NCBI GenBank assembly: GCA_964016885.1
Contig: OZ024741.1
Span: 165,106,001-165,170,000, forward strand
DNA length: 64,000 nt
Source of the DNA: Eledone cirrhosa
Taxonomy: Eukaryota
Direction: 5' to 3'
In this document: positions 1-14,100 of the stretch, piece by piece
Position numbering within the stretch: the stretch's first letter is position 1
Layout: every line of letters begins with the position of its first letter
Notes under the pieces: generated by a model
Databases searched by the model: none
Told to the model about the DNA's origin: nothing
What the model saw: only the letters and a program-made list of their open reading frames with translations
Position numbers and translations under genes: made by a program

Positions 1-3000
1 TGGTGTTGGTAGTGTTGTTGGTGTTGGTAGTGTTGGTTAGTGTTGTTGGTGTTCTTAGTGTTGGTAGTGTTGTTGGTGTTGGTAGTGTTGTTGGTGTTCT
101 TAGTGTTGGTAGTGTTGTTGGTGTTGGTAGTGTTGGTAGTGTTGTTGGTGTTGGTAGTGTTGTTGGTGTTGGTAGTGTTGGTAGTGTTGGTAGTGTTGTT
201 GGTGTTCTTAGTGTTGGTAGTGTTGTTGGTGTTGGTAGTGTTGTTGGTGTTCTTAGTGTTGGTAGTGTTGTTGGTGTTGGTAGTGTTGTTGGTGTTCTTA
301 GTGTTGGTAGTGTTGTTGGTGTTGGTAGTGTTGGTAGTGTTGTTGGTGTTGGTAGTGTTGTTGGTGTTGGTAGTGTTGGTAGTGTTGTTGGTGTTGGTAG
401 TGTTGTTGGTGTTGGTAGTGTTGGTAGTGTTGTTGGTGTTCTTAGTGTTGGTAGTGTTGTTGGTGTTGGTAGTGTTGTTGGTGTTCTTAGTGTTGGTAGT
501 GTTGTTGGTGTTGGTAGTGTTGGTAGTGTTGTTGGTGTTGGTAGTGTTGTTGGTGTTGGTAGTGTTGTTGGTGTTCTTAGTGTTGGTAGTGTTGTTGGTG
601 TTGGTAGTGTTGTTGGTGTTCTTAGTGTTGGTAGTGTTGTTGGTGTTGGTAGTGTTGGTAGTGTTGTTGGTGTTGGTAGTGTTGTTGGTGTTGGTAGTGT
701 TGTTGGTGTTCTTAGTCTTGGTAGTGTTGTTGGTGTTGTTAGTGTCGTTGGTGTTCTTAGTGTTGGTAGTGTTGTTGGTGTTGTTAGTGTCGTTGGTGTT
801 CTTAGTCTTGGTAGTGTTGTTGGTGTTGTTAGTGTCGTTGGTGTTCTTAGTGTTGGTAGTGTTGTTGGTGTTGGTAGTGTTGTTGGTGTTGGTAGTGTTG
901 TTGGTGTTCTTAGTGTTGGTAGTGTTGTTGGTGTTGTTAGTGTCGTTGGTGTTCTTAGTGTTGGTAGTGTTGTTGGTGTTGTTAGTGTCGTTGGTGTTCT
1001 TAGTGTTGGTAGTGTTGTTGGTGTTGGTAGTGTCGGTAGTGTTCTTAGTGTTGGTAGTGTTGTTGATGTTCTTAGTGTTGGTAGTGTTGTTGGTGCTGGT
1101 AGTGTTGGTAGTGTTGTTGGTGTTCTTAGTGTTGGTAGTGTTGTTGGTGTTGGTAGTGTTGTTGGTGTTCTTAGTGTTGTTAGTGTTGTTGGTGACGTTA
1201 GTGTTGTTGGTGTTCTTAGTGTCGTTAGTGTTGTTGGTGTTCTTAGTGTTGGTAGTGTTGTTGGTGTTGTTAGTGTCGTTGGTGTTCTTAGTGTTGGTAG
1301 TGTTGTTGGTGTTGGTAGTGTTGTTGGTGTTGGTAGTGTTGGTAGTGTTGTTGGTGTTCTTAGTGTTGGTAGTGTTGTTGGTGTTGTTAGTGTCGTTGGT
1401 GTTCTTAGTGTTGGTAGTGTTGTTGGTGTTGGTAGTGTTGTTGGTGTTCTTAGTGTTGGTAGTGTTGTTGGTGTTGGTAGTGTTGTTGGTGTTGGTAGTG
1501 TTGGTAGTGTTGTTAGTGTTGTTGGTGTTGGTAGTGTTGGTAGTTTTGTTGGTGTTGGTAGTGTTGGTAGTGTTGTTGGTGGTCTTAGTGTTGGTAGTGT
1601 TGTTGGTGTTGGTAGTGTTGGTAGTGTTGTTGGTGGTCTTAGTGTTGGTAGTGTTGTTGGTGTTGGTAGTGTTTTTGGTGTTCTTAGTGTTGGTAGTGTT
1701 GTTGGTGTTGGTAGTGTTGGTAGTGTTGGTAGTGTTGTTGGTGTTGGTAGTGTTGGTAGTGTTGGTAGTGTTGTTGGTGGTCTTAGTGTTGGTAGTGTTG
1801 TTGGTGTTGGTAGTGTTGGTAGTGTTGTTGGTGGTCTTAGTGTTGGTAGTGTTGTTGGTGGTCTTAGTGTTTTTGGTGTTCTTAGTGTTGGTAGTGTTGG
1901 TAGTGTTGTTAGTGTTGGTAGTGTTATTGGTGGTCCTAGTGTTGGTAGTGTTGTTGGTGTTGGTAGTGTTGGTAGTGTTGGTAGTGTTGTTGGTGGTCTT
2001 AGTGTTGGTAGTGTTGTTGGTGTTGGTAGTGTTGGTAGTGTTGTTGGTGTTCTTAGTGTTGGTAGTGTTGTTGGTGTTGGTAGTGTTGTTGGTGTTCTTA
2101 GTGTTGTTAGTCTTGTTGGTGTTGGTAGTGTTGTTGGTGTTCTTAGTGTTGGTAGTGTTGTTGGTGTTGGTAGTGTTGTTGGTGTTCTTAGTGTTGGTAG
2201 TGTTGTTGGTGTTGGTAGTGTTGTTGGTGTTCTTAGTGTTGGTAGTGTTGTTGGTGTTGGTAGTGTTGTTGGTGTTGGTAGTGTTGGTAGTGTTGTTAGT
2301 GTTGTTGGTGTTGGTAGTGTTGGTAGTTTTGTTGGTGTTGGTAGTGTTGGTAGTGTTGTTGGTGGTCTTAGTGTTGGTAGTGTTGTTGGTGTTGGTAGTG
2401 TTGGTAGTGTTGTTGGTGGTCTTAGTGTTGGTAGTGTTGTTGGTGTTGGTAGTGTTTTTTGGTGTTCTTAGTGTTGGTAGTGTTGGTAGTGTTGTTAGTG
2501 TTGGTAGTGTTGTTGGTGTTGGTAGTGTTGTTGGTGTTCTTAGTATTGGTAGTGTTGTTGGTGTTGGTAGTGTTGTTGGTGTTCTTAGTGTTGGTAGTGT
2601 TGGTAGTGTTGGTAGTGTTGTTGGTGTTGGTAGTGTTGTTGGTGTTGGTAGTGTTGGTAGTGTTGTTGGTGTTCTTAGTGTTGGTAGTGTTGTTGGTGTT
2701 GGTAGTGTTGTTGGTGTTCTTAGTGTTGGTAGTGTTGTTGGTGTTGGTAGTGTTGTTGGTGTTCTTAGTGTTGGTGGTGTTGGTAGTGTTGGTAGTGTTG
2801 TTGGTGGTCTTAGTGTTGTTAGTGTTGGTAGTGTTGTTGGTGTTGGTAGTGTTGGTAGTGTTGTTGGTGTTGGTAGTGTTTTTGGTGTTCTTAGTGTTGG
2901 TAGTGTTGGTAGTGTTGTTTGTGGTCTTAGTGTTGTTAGTGTTGGTAGTGTTGTTGGTGTTGGTAGTGTTGTTGGTGTTCTTAGTATTGGTAGTGTTGTT

Positions 3001-6000
3001 GGTGTTGGTAGTGTTGTTGGTGTTCTTAGTGTTGGTAGTGTTGTTGGTGTTGGTAGTGTTGGTAGTGTTGTTGGTAGTGTTGGTAGTGTTGGTAGTGTTG
3101 TTGGTGTTCTTAGTGTTGGTAGTGTTGTTGGTGTTGGTAGTGTTGTTGGTGTTCTTAGTGTTGGTAGTGTTGTTGGTGTTGGTAGTGTTGGTAGTGTTGT
3201 TGGTGTTGGTGTTGGTAGTGTTGGTAGTGTTGTTGGTGTTCTTAGTGTTGGTAGTGTTGTTGGTGTTGTTAGTGTTGTTGGTGTTCTTAGTGTTGGTAGT
3301 GTTGTTGGTGTTGGTAGTGTTGGTAGTGTTGTTGGTGGTCTTAGTGTTGTTAGTGTTGGTAGTGTTGTTGGTGTTGGTAGTGTTGGTAGTGTTGTTGGTG
3401 GTCTTAGTGTTGGTAGTGTTGTTGGTGTTCTTAGCGTTGCTAGTGTTGTTGGTGTTCTTAGTGTTGGTAGTGTTGTTGGTGTTCTTAGTGTTGTTGGTGT
3501 TGGTAGTGTTGTTAGCGTTGCTAGTGTTGTTGGTGTTGGTAGTGTTGTTGGTGGTCTTAGTGTTGGTAATGTTGTTGGTGTTCTTAGTGTTGGTAGTGTT
3601 GTTGGTGTTGATAGTGTTGTTGGTGTTGGTAGTGTTGTTGGTGTTGGTAGTGTTTTTGGTGTTGGTAGTGTTGTTGGTGTCGTTAGTGTTGGTAGTGTTA
3701 TTGGTGGTCCTAGTGTTGGTAGTGTTGTTGGTGTTCTTAGTGTTGGTAGTGTTGTTGGTGTTGGTAGTGTTGTTGGTGTTCTTAGTGTTGGTAGTGTTGT
3801 TGGTGTTGGTAGTGTTGTTGGTGTTCTTAGTGTTGGTAGTGTTGTTGGTGTTGGTAGTGTTGTTGGTGTTCTTAGTGTTGGTAGTGTTGTTGGTGTTGGT
3901 AGTGTTGGTAGTGTTGTTGGTGTTGGTAGTGTTGGTAGTTTTGTTGGTGTTGGTAGTGTTGGTAGTGTTGTTGGTGGTCTTAGTGTTGGTAGTGTTGTTG
4001 GTGTTGGTAGTGTTGGTAGTGTTGTTGGTGGTCTTAGTGTTGGTAGTGTTGTTGGTGTTGGTAGTGTTTTTGGTGTTCTTAGTGTTGGTAGTGTTGTTAG
4101 TGTTGTTAGTGTTGGTAGTGTTGTTGGTGTTGGTAGTGTTGTTGGTGTTCTTAGTATTGGTAGTGTTGTTGGTGTTGGTAGTGTTGTTGGTGTTCTTAGT
4201 GTTGGTAGTGTTGGTAGTGTTGTTGGTGTTGGTAGTGTTGTTGGTGTTGGTAGTGTTGGTAGTGTTGTTGGTGTTCTTAGTGTTGGTAGTGTTGTTGGTG
4301 TTGGTAGTGTTGTTGGTGTTCTTAGTGTTGGTAGTGTTGTTGGTGTTGGTAGTGTTGGTAGTGTTGTTGGTGTTGGCAGTGTTGTTGGTGTTGGTAGTGT
4401 TGGTAGTGTTGTTGGTGTTCTTAGTGTTGGTAGTGTTGTTGGTGTTGGTAGTGTTGTTGGTGTTCTTAGTGTTGGTGGTGTTGGTAGTGTTGGTAGTGTT
4501 GTTGGTGGTCTTAGTGTTGTTAGTGTTGGTAGTGTTGTTGGTGTTGGTAGTGTTGGTAGTGTTGTTGGTGTTGGTAGTGTTTTTGGTGTTCTTAGTGTTG
4601 GTAGTGTTGGTAGTGTTGTTTGTGGTCTTAGTGTTGTTAGTGTTGGTAGTGTTGTTGGTGTTGGTAGTGTTGTTGGTGTTCTTAGTATTGGTAGTGTTGT
4701 TGGTGTTGGTAGTGTTGTTGGTGTTCTTAGTGTTGGTAGTGTTGGTAGTGTTGTTGGTGTTGGTAGTGTTGTTGGTGTTGGTAGTGTTGGTTAGTGTTGT
4801 TGGTGTTCTTAGTGTTGGTAGTGTTGTTGGTGTTGGTAGTGTTGTTGGTGTTCTTAGTGTTGGTAGTGTTGTTGGTGTTGGTAGTGTTGGTAGTGTTGTT
4901 GGTGTTGGTAGTGTTGTTGGTGTTGGTAGTGTTGGTAGTGTTGGTAGTGTTGTTGGTGTTCTTAGTGTTGGTAGTGTTGTTGGTGTTGGTAGTGTTGTTG
5001 GTGTTCTTAGTGTTGGTAGTGTTGTTGGTGTTGGTAGTGTTGTTGGTGTTCTTAGTGTTGGTAGTGTTGTTGGTGTTGGTAGTGTTGGTAGTGTTGTTGG
5101 TGTTGGTAGTGTTGTTGGTGTTGGTAGTGTTGGTAGTGTTGTTGGTGTTGGTAGTGTTGTTGGTGTTGGTAGTGTTGGTAGTGTTGTTGGTGTTCTTAGT
5201 GTTGGTAGTGTTGTTGGTGTTGGTAGTGTTGTTGGTGTTCTTAGTGTTGGTAGTGTTGTTGGTGTTGGTAGTGTTGGTAGTGTTGTTGGTGTTGGTAGTG
5301 TTGTTGGTGTTGGTAGTGTTGTTGGTGTTCTTAGTGTTGGTAGTGTTGTTGGTGTTGGTAGTGTTGTTGGTGTTCTTAGTGTTGGTAGTGTTGTTGGTGT
5401 TGGTAGTGTTGTTGGTGTTGGTAGTGTTGTTGGTGTTGGTAGTGTTGGTAGTGTTGTTGGTGTTCTTAGTGTTGGTAGTGTTGTTGGTGTTGGTAGTGTT
5501 GTTGGTGTTCTTAGTGTTGGTAGTGTTGTTGGTGTTGGTAGTGTTGTTGGTGTTGGTAGTGTTGTTGGTGTTGGTAGTGTTGGTAGTGTTGTTGGTGTTC
5601 TTAGTGTTGGTAGTGTTGTTGGTGTTGGTAGTGTTGTTGGTGTTCTTAGTGTTGGTAGTGTTGTTGGTGTTGGTAGTGTTGGTAGTGTTGTTGGTGGTCT
5701 TAGTGTTGTTAGTGTTGGTAGTGTTGTTGGTGTTGGTAGTGTTGGTAGTGTTGTTGGTGGTCTTAGTGTTGGTAGTGTTGTTGGTGTTCTTAGCGTTGCT
5801 AGTGTTGTTGGTGTTCTTAGTGTTGGTAGTGTTGTTGGTGTTCTTAGTGTTGTTGGTGTTGGTAGTGTTGTTAGCGTTGCTAGTGTTGTTGGTGTTGGTA
5901 GTGTTGTTGGTGTTGGTAGTGTTGTTGGTGTTGGTAGTGTTGTTGGTGGTCCTAGTGTTGGTAATGTTGTTGGTGTTCTTAGTGTTGGTAGTGTTGTTGG

Positions 6001-6780
6001 TGTTGATAGTGTTGTTGGTGTTGGTAGTGTTGTTGGTGTTGGTAGTGTTTTTGGTGTTGGTAGTGTTGTTGGTGTTCTTAGTGTTGTTGGTGTTGGTAGT
6101 GTTGTTGGTGTTGGTAGTGTTGTTGGTGATGGTAGTGTTGTTGGTGTTCTTAGTGTTGGTAGTGTTGTTGGTGGTCTTAGTGTTGGTAGTGTTGTTGGTG
6201 TTCTTAGTGTTGGTAGTGTTGTTGGTGTTCTTAGTGTTGTTGGTGTTGGTAGTGCTGTTAGTGTTGCTAGTGTTGTTGGTGTTGGTAGTGTTGTTGGTGT
6301 TGGTAGTGTTGTTGGTGGTCTTAGTGTTGGTAATGTTGTTGGTGTTCTTAGTGTTGGTAGTGTTGTTGGTGTTGGTAGTGTTGTTGGTGTTGGTAGTGTT
6401 TTTGGTGTTGGTAGTGTTGTTGGTGTTCTTAGTGTTGTTGGTGTTGGTAGTGTTGTTGGTGTTGGTAGTGTTGTTGGTGTTCTTAGTGTTGGTAGTGTTG
6501 TTGGTCTTGGTAGTGTTGTTGGTGTTCTTAGTGTTGGTAGTGTTGTTGGTCTTGGTAGTGTTGTTGGTGTTGGTAGTGTTGTTGGTGTTCTTAGTGTTGG
6601 TAGTGTTGTTGGTGGTCTTAGTGTTGGTAGTGTTGTTGGTGCTGGTAGTGTTGTTGGTGTTCTTAGTGTTGGTAGTGTTGTTGGTGTTCTTAGTGTTGGT
6701 AGTGTTGTTGGTGTTGGTAGTGTTGTTGGTGTTTTTAGTGTTGGTAGTGTTGTTGGTGTTCTTAGTGTTGATGGTGTTGG
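1..6780. repeat. Triplet-phased satellite built from 9-nt modules GTTGGTAGT / GTTGTTGGT / GTTCTTAGT; runs off the left edge of the window
   Basis: Direct reading. Single-base phase slips occur at ~38, ~2460 and ~4791. The minus strand reads (TTLPTP/TTLRTP)n in one frame and N/T-rich in another. The plus-strand V/G/S/L ORFs are by-products. Confidence 0.95.
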
Positions 6781-6964
6781 TAGTGGTTGTTGTTGTTAGT
6801 TGTGGTAGGTTGTGTTGTTGGTGTTCTTAGTGTTGATATTGATAGTTGTGGTAGTGATGTTGATGTTGCTGGTGTTGTCAGTGTTGATGGTATTGTTGGT
6901 GACAGTTGTGATAGTGATGTTGGTAGTGTTGTTAGTTATAGTTGTGGTAGTGTTGTTGGCGTTC

Positions 6965-7159
6965 TTAGTGTTGGTGGTATTGACAGTCTTGGTAGTGGTT
7001 GTTGTTAGTCGTGGTAGTGTTAATAGTGTTAATATTGTTGGTGCTGTTGATGGTGTTGGTGGTGGTTGTTGTTGTTAGTTGTGGTAGTGCTAATAGTGTT
7101 GGTGTTGTTGGAGTTGCTGATGTTACCTGCAGTAGTAGCAGAAACATTGCAGTGATCAT
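6965..7159 (-). other. Short ORF with a signal-peptide-like start (MITAMFLLLLQVTSA-TPTT) leading into the Thr/Pro-reading satellite; possible mucin-like remnant
   Basis: ATG at 7159, hydrophobic core, then a TSA cleavage-like site. Several frame slips (~7066, ~7000, ~6808) and an in-frame TAA (~6938) separate it from the array. Confidence 0.2.
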
Positions 7160-7384
7160 GTGCAGCTGTTGTTACAGTAATTGCACACAAAATGGTTGTA
7201 TAAGGTTTACTTATAGTGTATTGACATTAGTGTGGAAATGTATAATTTGGTTAATTGGAATCAATGATGAGCTTGGGTAGAGGTGGGGCAGGGGGGGTGG
7301 GTGAGTATGGTGAATAGAGGTGGAAGTGGGGAGAGAACAGTAAAATAAAATTTTTATAAGAAAAATTGCACACAAAATACAAAC

Positions 7385-7436
7385 ATGCATACATACATAT
7401 ACGTGTGTGTGTACATGTGTATGTGTACACAGAGAC

Positions 7437-7467
<31 letters not shown>

Positions 7468-7532
7468 TACATATATATATATACACAAACACATACATAT
7501 TCATATATGTGTGTGTACACATGTGTATGTGT

Positions 7533-7595
<63 letters not shown>

Positions 7596-8020
7596 CATAT
7601 ACACACACATACATATACATATATGTGTGTGTACACATGTGTATGTGTACACACACACACATATACACATATGTATATATATATATATACCCACACACAT
7701 CCACCCATACAGACACGTGCGTGGATGCGTGCATGTGTGTGTAACAACAACAACTTTAAGAACTACACACATATATACACACACACACATATATATATAC
7801 ACATATGCATATATATATATATACCCAAACACATCCATATAGACACATGCATGCATGTGTGTGTGTGGGGGGGGGGGGGGAGTCGCAAAAACAAACAACA
7901 ATAACAACTTTAAGAACTACAACGTGTATATATGCAAATACACATGTGTATGTGTGTATATATATATATACACATGTATATGTATGTGTGTGTATATATA
8001 TAGACACACTTATATATAAT
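7385..8020. repeat. Compound (TA)n/(CA)n microsatellite with local duplications
   Basis: Direct reading; acaactttaagaactac and gtgtgtacacatgtgtatgtgtacac each recur. Confidence 0.9.
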
Positions 8021-8593
8021 AAAAGAAAGACTACTAAAAAATAAAAATCAGAACTAAATATTTGTATGGTGGGGTGGCATAGAGAGTGGGGCTGCATCCT
8101 CTGAGATTGAACTATTATGGATGGTAATCAGGATGGAATGAGTCCATTCAGGAGCTACAGTAGCAAGAGAAACAGATTCTCATCAAACAATATTGACTGA
8201 CTAGCTTTGTAGAGATGGGGGTGGGGTGGGGGGGATTCTTAATCTCCCTTACTCTCTGCCCTCCTCTTCCTTCTACCACCTCTATAGCCATGTCTTCATA
8301 ATATGAGTGAGCTGCAGATAATCAATGGATGCTGAAGTTTTCTTGTCTCTTCTGTAACAAAATCAGGGAGCAGAACACAACAACACCAGCAACAGCAACA
8401 GTTACAGCAAGAACAACAATAACTGCAGCAACAACAACAACAACAACAACTGCAACAGGAGCAACAATAACAATTGCAGCAACAGCAATAACAACAGTCA
8501 TAGTTAAACAATAACAATAACAACTGTCACAAGAACAATAATAATAACTGTCACAACAACAACTGCAAGAACTACAACAGCAGCAGCCACAGT

Positions 8594-8627
<34 letters not shown>

Positions 8628-8687
8628 AAGTCATCCCTAAATAAGTTTATGGAGGCAGAGTAAGATCCAGTTTATATCTGAATGTAT

Positions 8688-8915
8688 TTAACCCTTTAAT
8701 GTTCAAACTGGCCAAAACCAGCCAGAATTCTCTACCTTTTTCTGTTGAAACTGGCTGTAACTGGTCGCTCAAACTGACGTTAAGGTATTGTTCTCAAAAT
8801 AAATACTTTCAAAATCTCATAGATTCGATATTATGTGAGATAATTATGCGAGATAAAGCCTTTACCATGAAAATATAATAGTATATATAGAGTAATGTGA
8901 ATGCTAAACGGTTAA
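8688..8915. mobile_element. TTAA-flanked MITE (piggyBac-like ends)
   Basis: TTAA-CCCTTTA ... TAAACGG-TTAA; shares ccaaaaccagc with the 18.8 kb element. Confidence 0.55.
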
Positions 8916-10944
8916 ACACTTTGTTACCATATTTCTAATGAAAAACACTGCATGTAGCTTTCAAGTCATTTTGAAATTAATGAGGAATATGAAGGGATTT
9001 TGTAATATAACTAACTTTCTCATTATTCAGCCGATGTTCGGAACATAACTTAAAAGAGGTTCTTTCATAAAATTATGATGGAAGGTTTTTAAATAACTAT
9101 AAACACTTTAACCCTTTCGTTATCATATTCCTAATGAAAAACACTGCTTGTGATGAAAAAGATTCAATAATATATCTAAATTTCTCATTATATAAGTTGG
9201 TGTTTGAAACATAATTCAACAAAGGTTCTTACAGAAAATTATGATGGAAGGCGTTTAGATAAATATAAATGCATTAAAATAAACAGCTTTGTATTGTATA
9301 ACCAGAGGCAGACTCAGGCAAGTTGGTTTCAAATAGAATCACTGACCAACATATTGGATTCCTTTCTAGCTCAGGTCAGATCACAATAAAATAGGTGCCC
9401 CATGATGGAGTCCACAGAGAAGCTTTTAAACAAAATTCATTGATCCCTTAAATCCTCATAACTTTTTCCATGCTGGCTTAGGTTTTTCCTTTTTTTTCAA
9501 ATGAGCCAAGAGAGTCATTCGCTCAGAGCTTATCTCAGTTTCATTGGTGTTAAGGGACTAAGAGTATAACTCTTTCTCCTGGACATGAGGTGTTTGTGAT
9601 GGTGATGACATTGATGATGACAATGGTGGTAGTAATGACAATGATGATAAAGAGTGGAACTAGCATTGAAGTAAAAACGACTTAATTTACATATAACATT
9701 TGAAACAAGACTAAAAACTCAGTTGCCATCTTTTCAGTCAACAACTACATCCTATTAAATGTCACTTCCTACATCATTATATTTCCTGCTAACCAACCAC
9801 AAGCAATCCAAGGTATAAATATGATATTAGTTCATTACCTTCAAGCAAACAGAGAGTGTGCAGCTGAAAAGTCATACAGTACTCTCCATTCCCAAACTAA
9901 ATTATACAACTAATAAATAGTAGAGGGGCTTCTTCAATTGAGTCAATGACCGATAACCTTTCTCGTGCTAGTACCATGAAAACTGCACCTAGTACAATTT
10001 GTAAGTTGGTTGGTTATAGAAAGGGTATCTTGCTGAAACAAGGGCATTTAGCCACAGAAAACCTGACAAAAAAGTTGGGAAGATTCTTCAGCTGTGTCAA
10101 AGAATTGACATCCTCTTGAATGTGTATGCCATAAAAATACACTTGGTAAATTGTGGGATTATATGTAAGCAAAATGCTGACTCCTGTCCATCTGAGAGGT
10201 CAGTAGCTCTACTTCAATATTGACCCAGTCTACTGATAACCCATACAACTATTGCTTACAAGGAAAGGAAGAAGTGTATTAAATGATAGTGTTGATGATG
10301 ATGATGATGAATAGATACATAACCAGTAATGCCAAGCCAATTGAAGATTCTATTTTAGCAGAACAATCCAGACATTATAGAAGTTATGATTCTGACATGT
10401 AATGGATTATAATTAATAACTAAAGACTGTCATTTTAATCTACTGGGTATCAATTTCAGCTAGATTTACAAGTCATAGATCTAATCATCCTCACCATTTT
10501 ATGCTAACATGGGTTGGAAGGGTTGTAACAGCCTAAGTTAACTCTTATTCTGAGTTACTGCTTTCTAGATAGGTCGCAATACCACTTCATTCTTAGACAT
10601 TTCAATTTTAGTATGGTTTATATGTCTGAATGCCCTACATTAACAACAACCACTTGACAGAACATACTGGAGATATTTTATTGTGACACAACCACTATGG
10701 TAAGATGCACCCAGTGTGAGTTGTGTGTGTGTGTGTCATCATCATCATCGTCATCACCATTTTACGTCCATTCTTCCACGCTAGCATGGGTTAGATGAGT
10801 TGTCCTGTTGTGGGCAGTGTCCAGTCGGCTGACCTAGTCTTGCTCATACAGGAACTGATTTTCATTTGATTTCAACAGTTGGATGCCCTTCCTAACACCA
10901 ACCTCATTTACAGTGTGGGCTGGGTGCTTTTTTTCCGTGGCGCC

Positions 10945-11138
10945 TACACGTCCACTTTGAAGTAGGGGGAGGGGGCATATTGTCTATATGCTTCAGCTTG
11001 TTCCTGTGGAAGTCGGGTCTTCTGTCTTACTGTGTGACGCCAGAGGTCACGGTCGTGTGTCATTGCCCTTGAGAGGTGCAATTGGGTACGTTCAGCTTTT
11101 ATCACCTCATCCCAGGTCTTCTTGGGGCTTCCATCAAC
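10945..11138 (-). mobile_element. RTE-clade LINE 3' fragment
   Basis: Translates to PKKTWDEVIK...DRDLWRHTVRQKTR, homologous to the C-terminus at 61.3 kb. Confidence 0.8.
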
Positions 11139-11213
<75 letters not shown>

Positions 11214-11216
<3 letters not shown>

Positions 11217-11594
11217 GGCGCATGGCTTAGTAGTTAGAGCTTTGGGCTTGCAATCGAAACGTTGTGAGTTCAATTTTCAGACCGGGTGATGTGTTGTTTC
11301 CTTGAGCAAGACACTTTATTTCACATTGCTCCAGTTTACTCAGCTGTAGAAATGAGATGATAGGGACTGGGGTCCCTATCATTCCACTGTAGAGTGGACG
11401 TGTAAGCACCACGGCAAAAAAAGCACCCAGCACTCACTGTAAAGTGGACGTGTAGGCGCCACGGAAAAAAGCATCCAGCACTTACTGTAAATGAGGTTGG
11501 TGTTAGGAAGGGCATCCAGCTGTAGAAATCAAGCCAGAATCAGTTCCCGTCCCACCCTTGGAAGCAGGGAAAAGTGGACGTAAAATGATGATGA

Positions 11595-11598
<4 letters not shown>
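11214..11598 (+). mobile_element. tRNA-derived SINE family B (CORE-like middle, RTE-like 3' tail ending in (ATG)n)
   Basis: A box tggcttagtagttag, B box gagttcaattttc, ccttgagcaagacacttta core, tail ggaagggcatccagc...ggacgtaaaatgatgatg. Further copies or fragments at ~10740-10945(-), 15221-15435, 23613-23840, 48180-48378(-) and 60130-60352(-). Confidence 0.85.
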
Positions 11599-11639
<41 letters not shown>

Positions 11640-11799
11640 GATTTTACCAGTTTAAACAAGTAAGTCCATAGTTCAGGAGAGTACTCGATATTTAGGATAG
11701 CAGTGTGTAAATATAGTACGCTGTTAGAGCTCGATAGCTGAGCTCTTGCCATTTCCTAGAAACACCAAAAGTTCAGCCATCAGGCCCTAACAGTCTCCT

Positions 11800-12762
<963 letters not shown>

Positions 12763-12764
12763 TT

Positions 12765-13062
12765 CCCATCACTTTCGGAAACATTTATTTTTTCACGCTG
12801 AGAGTTGCTGAAGCATGGAACAAACTGCCTGCGTCAGTTGTTAGCTGCCGAGACACTGCATCCTTTAAGACACTCATGCTTCCCAAAATTCACCAAAACT
12901 ACACCTGATGTACCCCTTCCATACACATGCACACATGTGTATATCATGACTCATGCACTGTTCATTTTCCTGACGTTTGTGCATTACCCTATGTACTATA
13001 CATACACTTTTTGATGAGTTGTAGTGCACCTGAGCACTGTACACAATATTTCATTATTATTA
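12765..13062 (+). mobile_element. CR1/L2-like LINE 3' end
   Basis: FFTLRVAEAWNKLPASVVSCRDTASFK is a CR1-type RT C-terminus, followed by a UTR ending in (ATT)n. A second partial UTR lies at ~19565-19692. Confidence 0.8.
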
Positions 13063-13784
13063 TTATTTATACTAAAGTACCAGTAATGCACTGGGTAATT
13101 GCTGGCCTTGTCCCTAAAGTAGAAATAATTATTATTATACACAGAGAATGAGAGAGAGAGTTATATATACTACAATAAAAGAAATCTCTTTCATGCATGT
13201 TTGATAATAAGCTCCTAATTGAAGTTTGAACTATTTTAGAAAAGTCTCTTCCTGTTGTAACCGTAACTGCTAATATTACAATTGCTATTAAGAGGAATTC
13301 TCCACCTTATTTCATTACCTGCCATACTCCTCTCCTCCCATGACCTCACCTCCCTAACCACCCTGACCATTAGATCTTTCACACCACACCACACCACACC
13401 ACACCACACATCTCACTGTAAAACCTCATATCATAATACATCCTGTTTCTATCTTTGGATGATGCTTGTTCTCTGGCTAGCTCCACGGAAGTCATTCCTA
13501 TATTTAACATGTTACACTCCACCCTGACACTTTAACACCACCACAACCTCAGCCACCACCACCACCGCCACCGCCACTGCCACTGCCACCATCACTGATA
13601 GTTCAAAGACAAGAGATCAATAAATACAATCCTGTTTTCAATGTCCGAAATGATGCAGCCTGAAGACCACTGACTACTGAGCGGCGATTTTTCTGTTTTA
13701 TATACATATATATTATATATGTGTATATGCATGTGTGCGTATGCATGTATGTATATAAATATAAGCGAGCTGTGTCTATCAATT

Positions 13785-13821
<37 letters not shown>

Positions 13822-14100
13822 GAAAAATAAGGATGGAAATAACAGAAAATGGCTATATATAACAATCAAGAAAATGTTATTTTCAGTATTTACAATATAT
13901 ATTGCATGTGTATATGAATGTATGTGAGGTGGTGGTATATATCTTTATCTTTATATATATATATATATAATAATAATAAAAAGGACACGGTGTTAGATCT
14001 TCACTACATTTATTGAGATGTAACACACGTTTCGCGATTGATCAGCTCAAGGCTCGATCTGTATTGATCTGGTACAACACTTTTCATTATTATTATTACA

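Noticed and set aside
3-6830. Very long plus-strand ORFs (822, 1584, 1446 and 678 aa; V/G/S/L-rich)
   Set aside because: Stop-free frames of a triplet satellite with non-ATG starts; overlapping frames are equally open.
11214-11290. tRNA gene candidates at SINE heads
   Set aside because: A/B boxes run straight into SINE bodies repeated many times; no complete cloverleaf.
13600-13692. CTGAAGA hammerhead-like core, or a minus-strand exon (KNRRSVVSGLQAASFRTLKTG)
   Set aside because: No GAAA after stem II; as an exon it has a weak acceptor and no recognisable homology.
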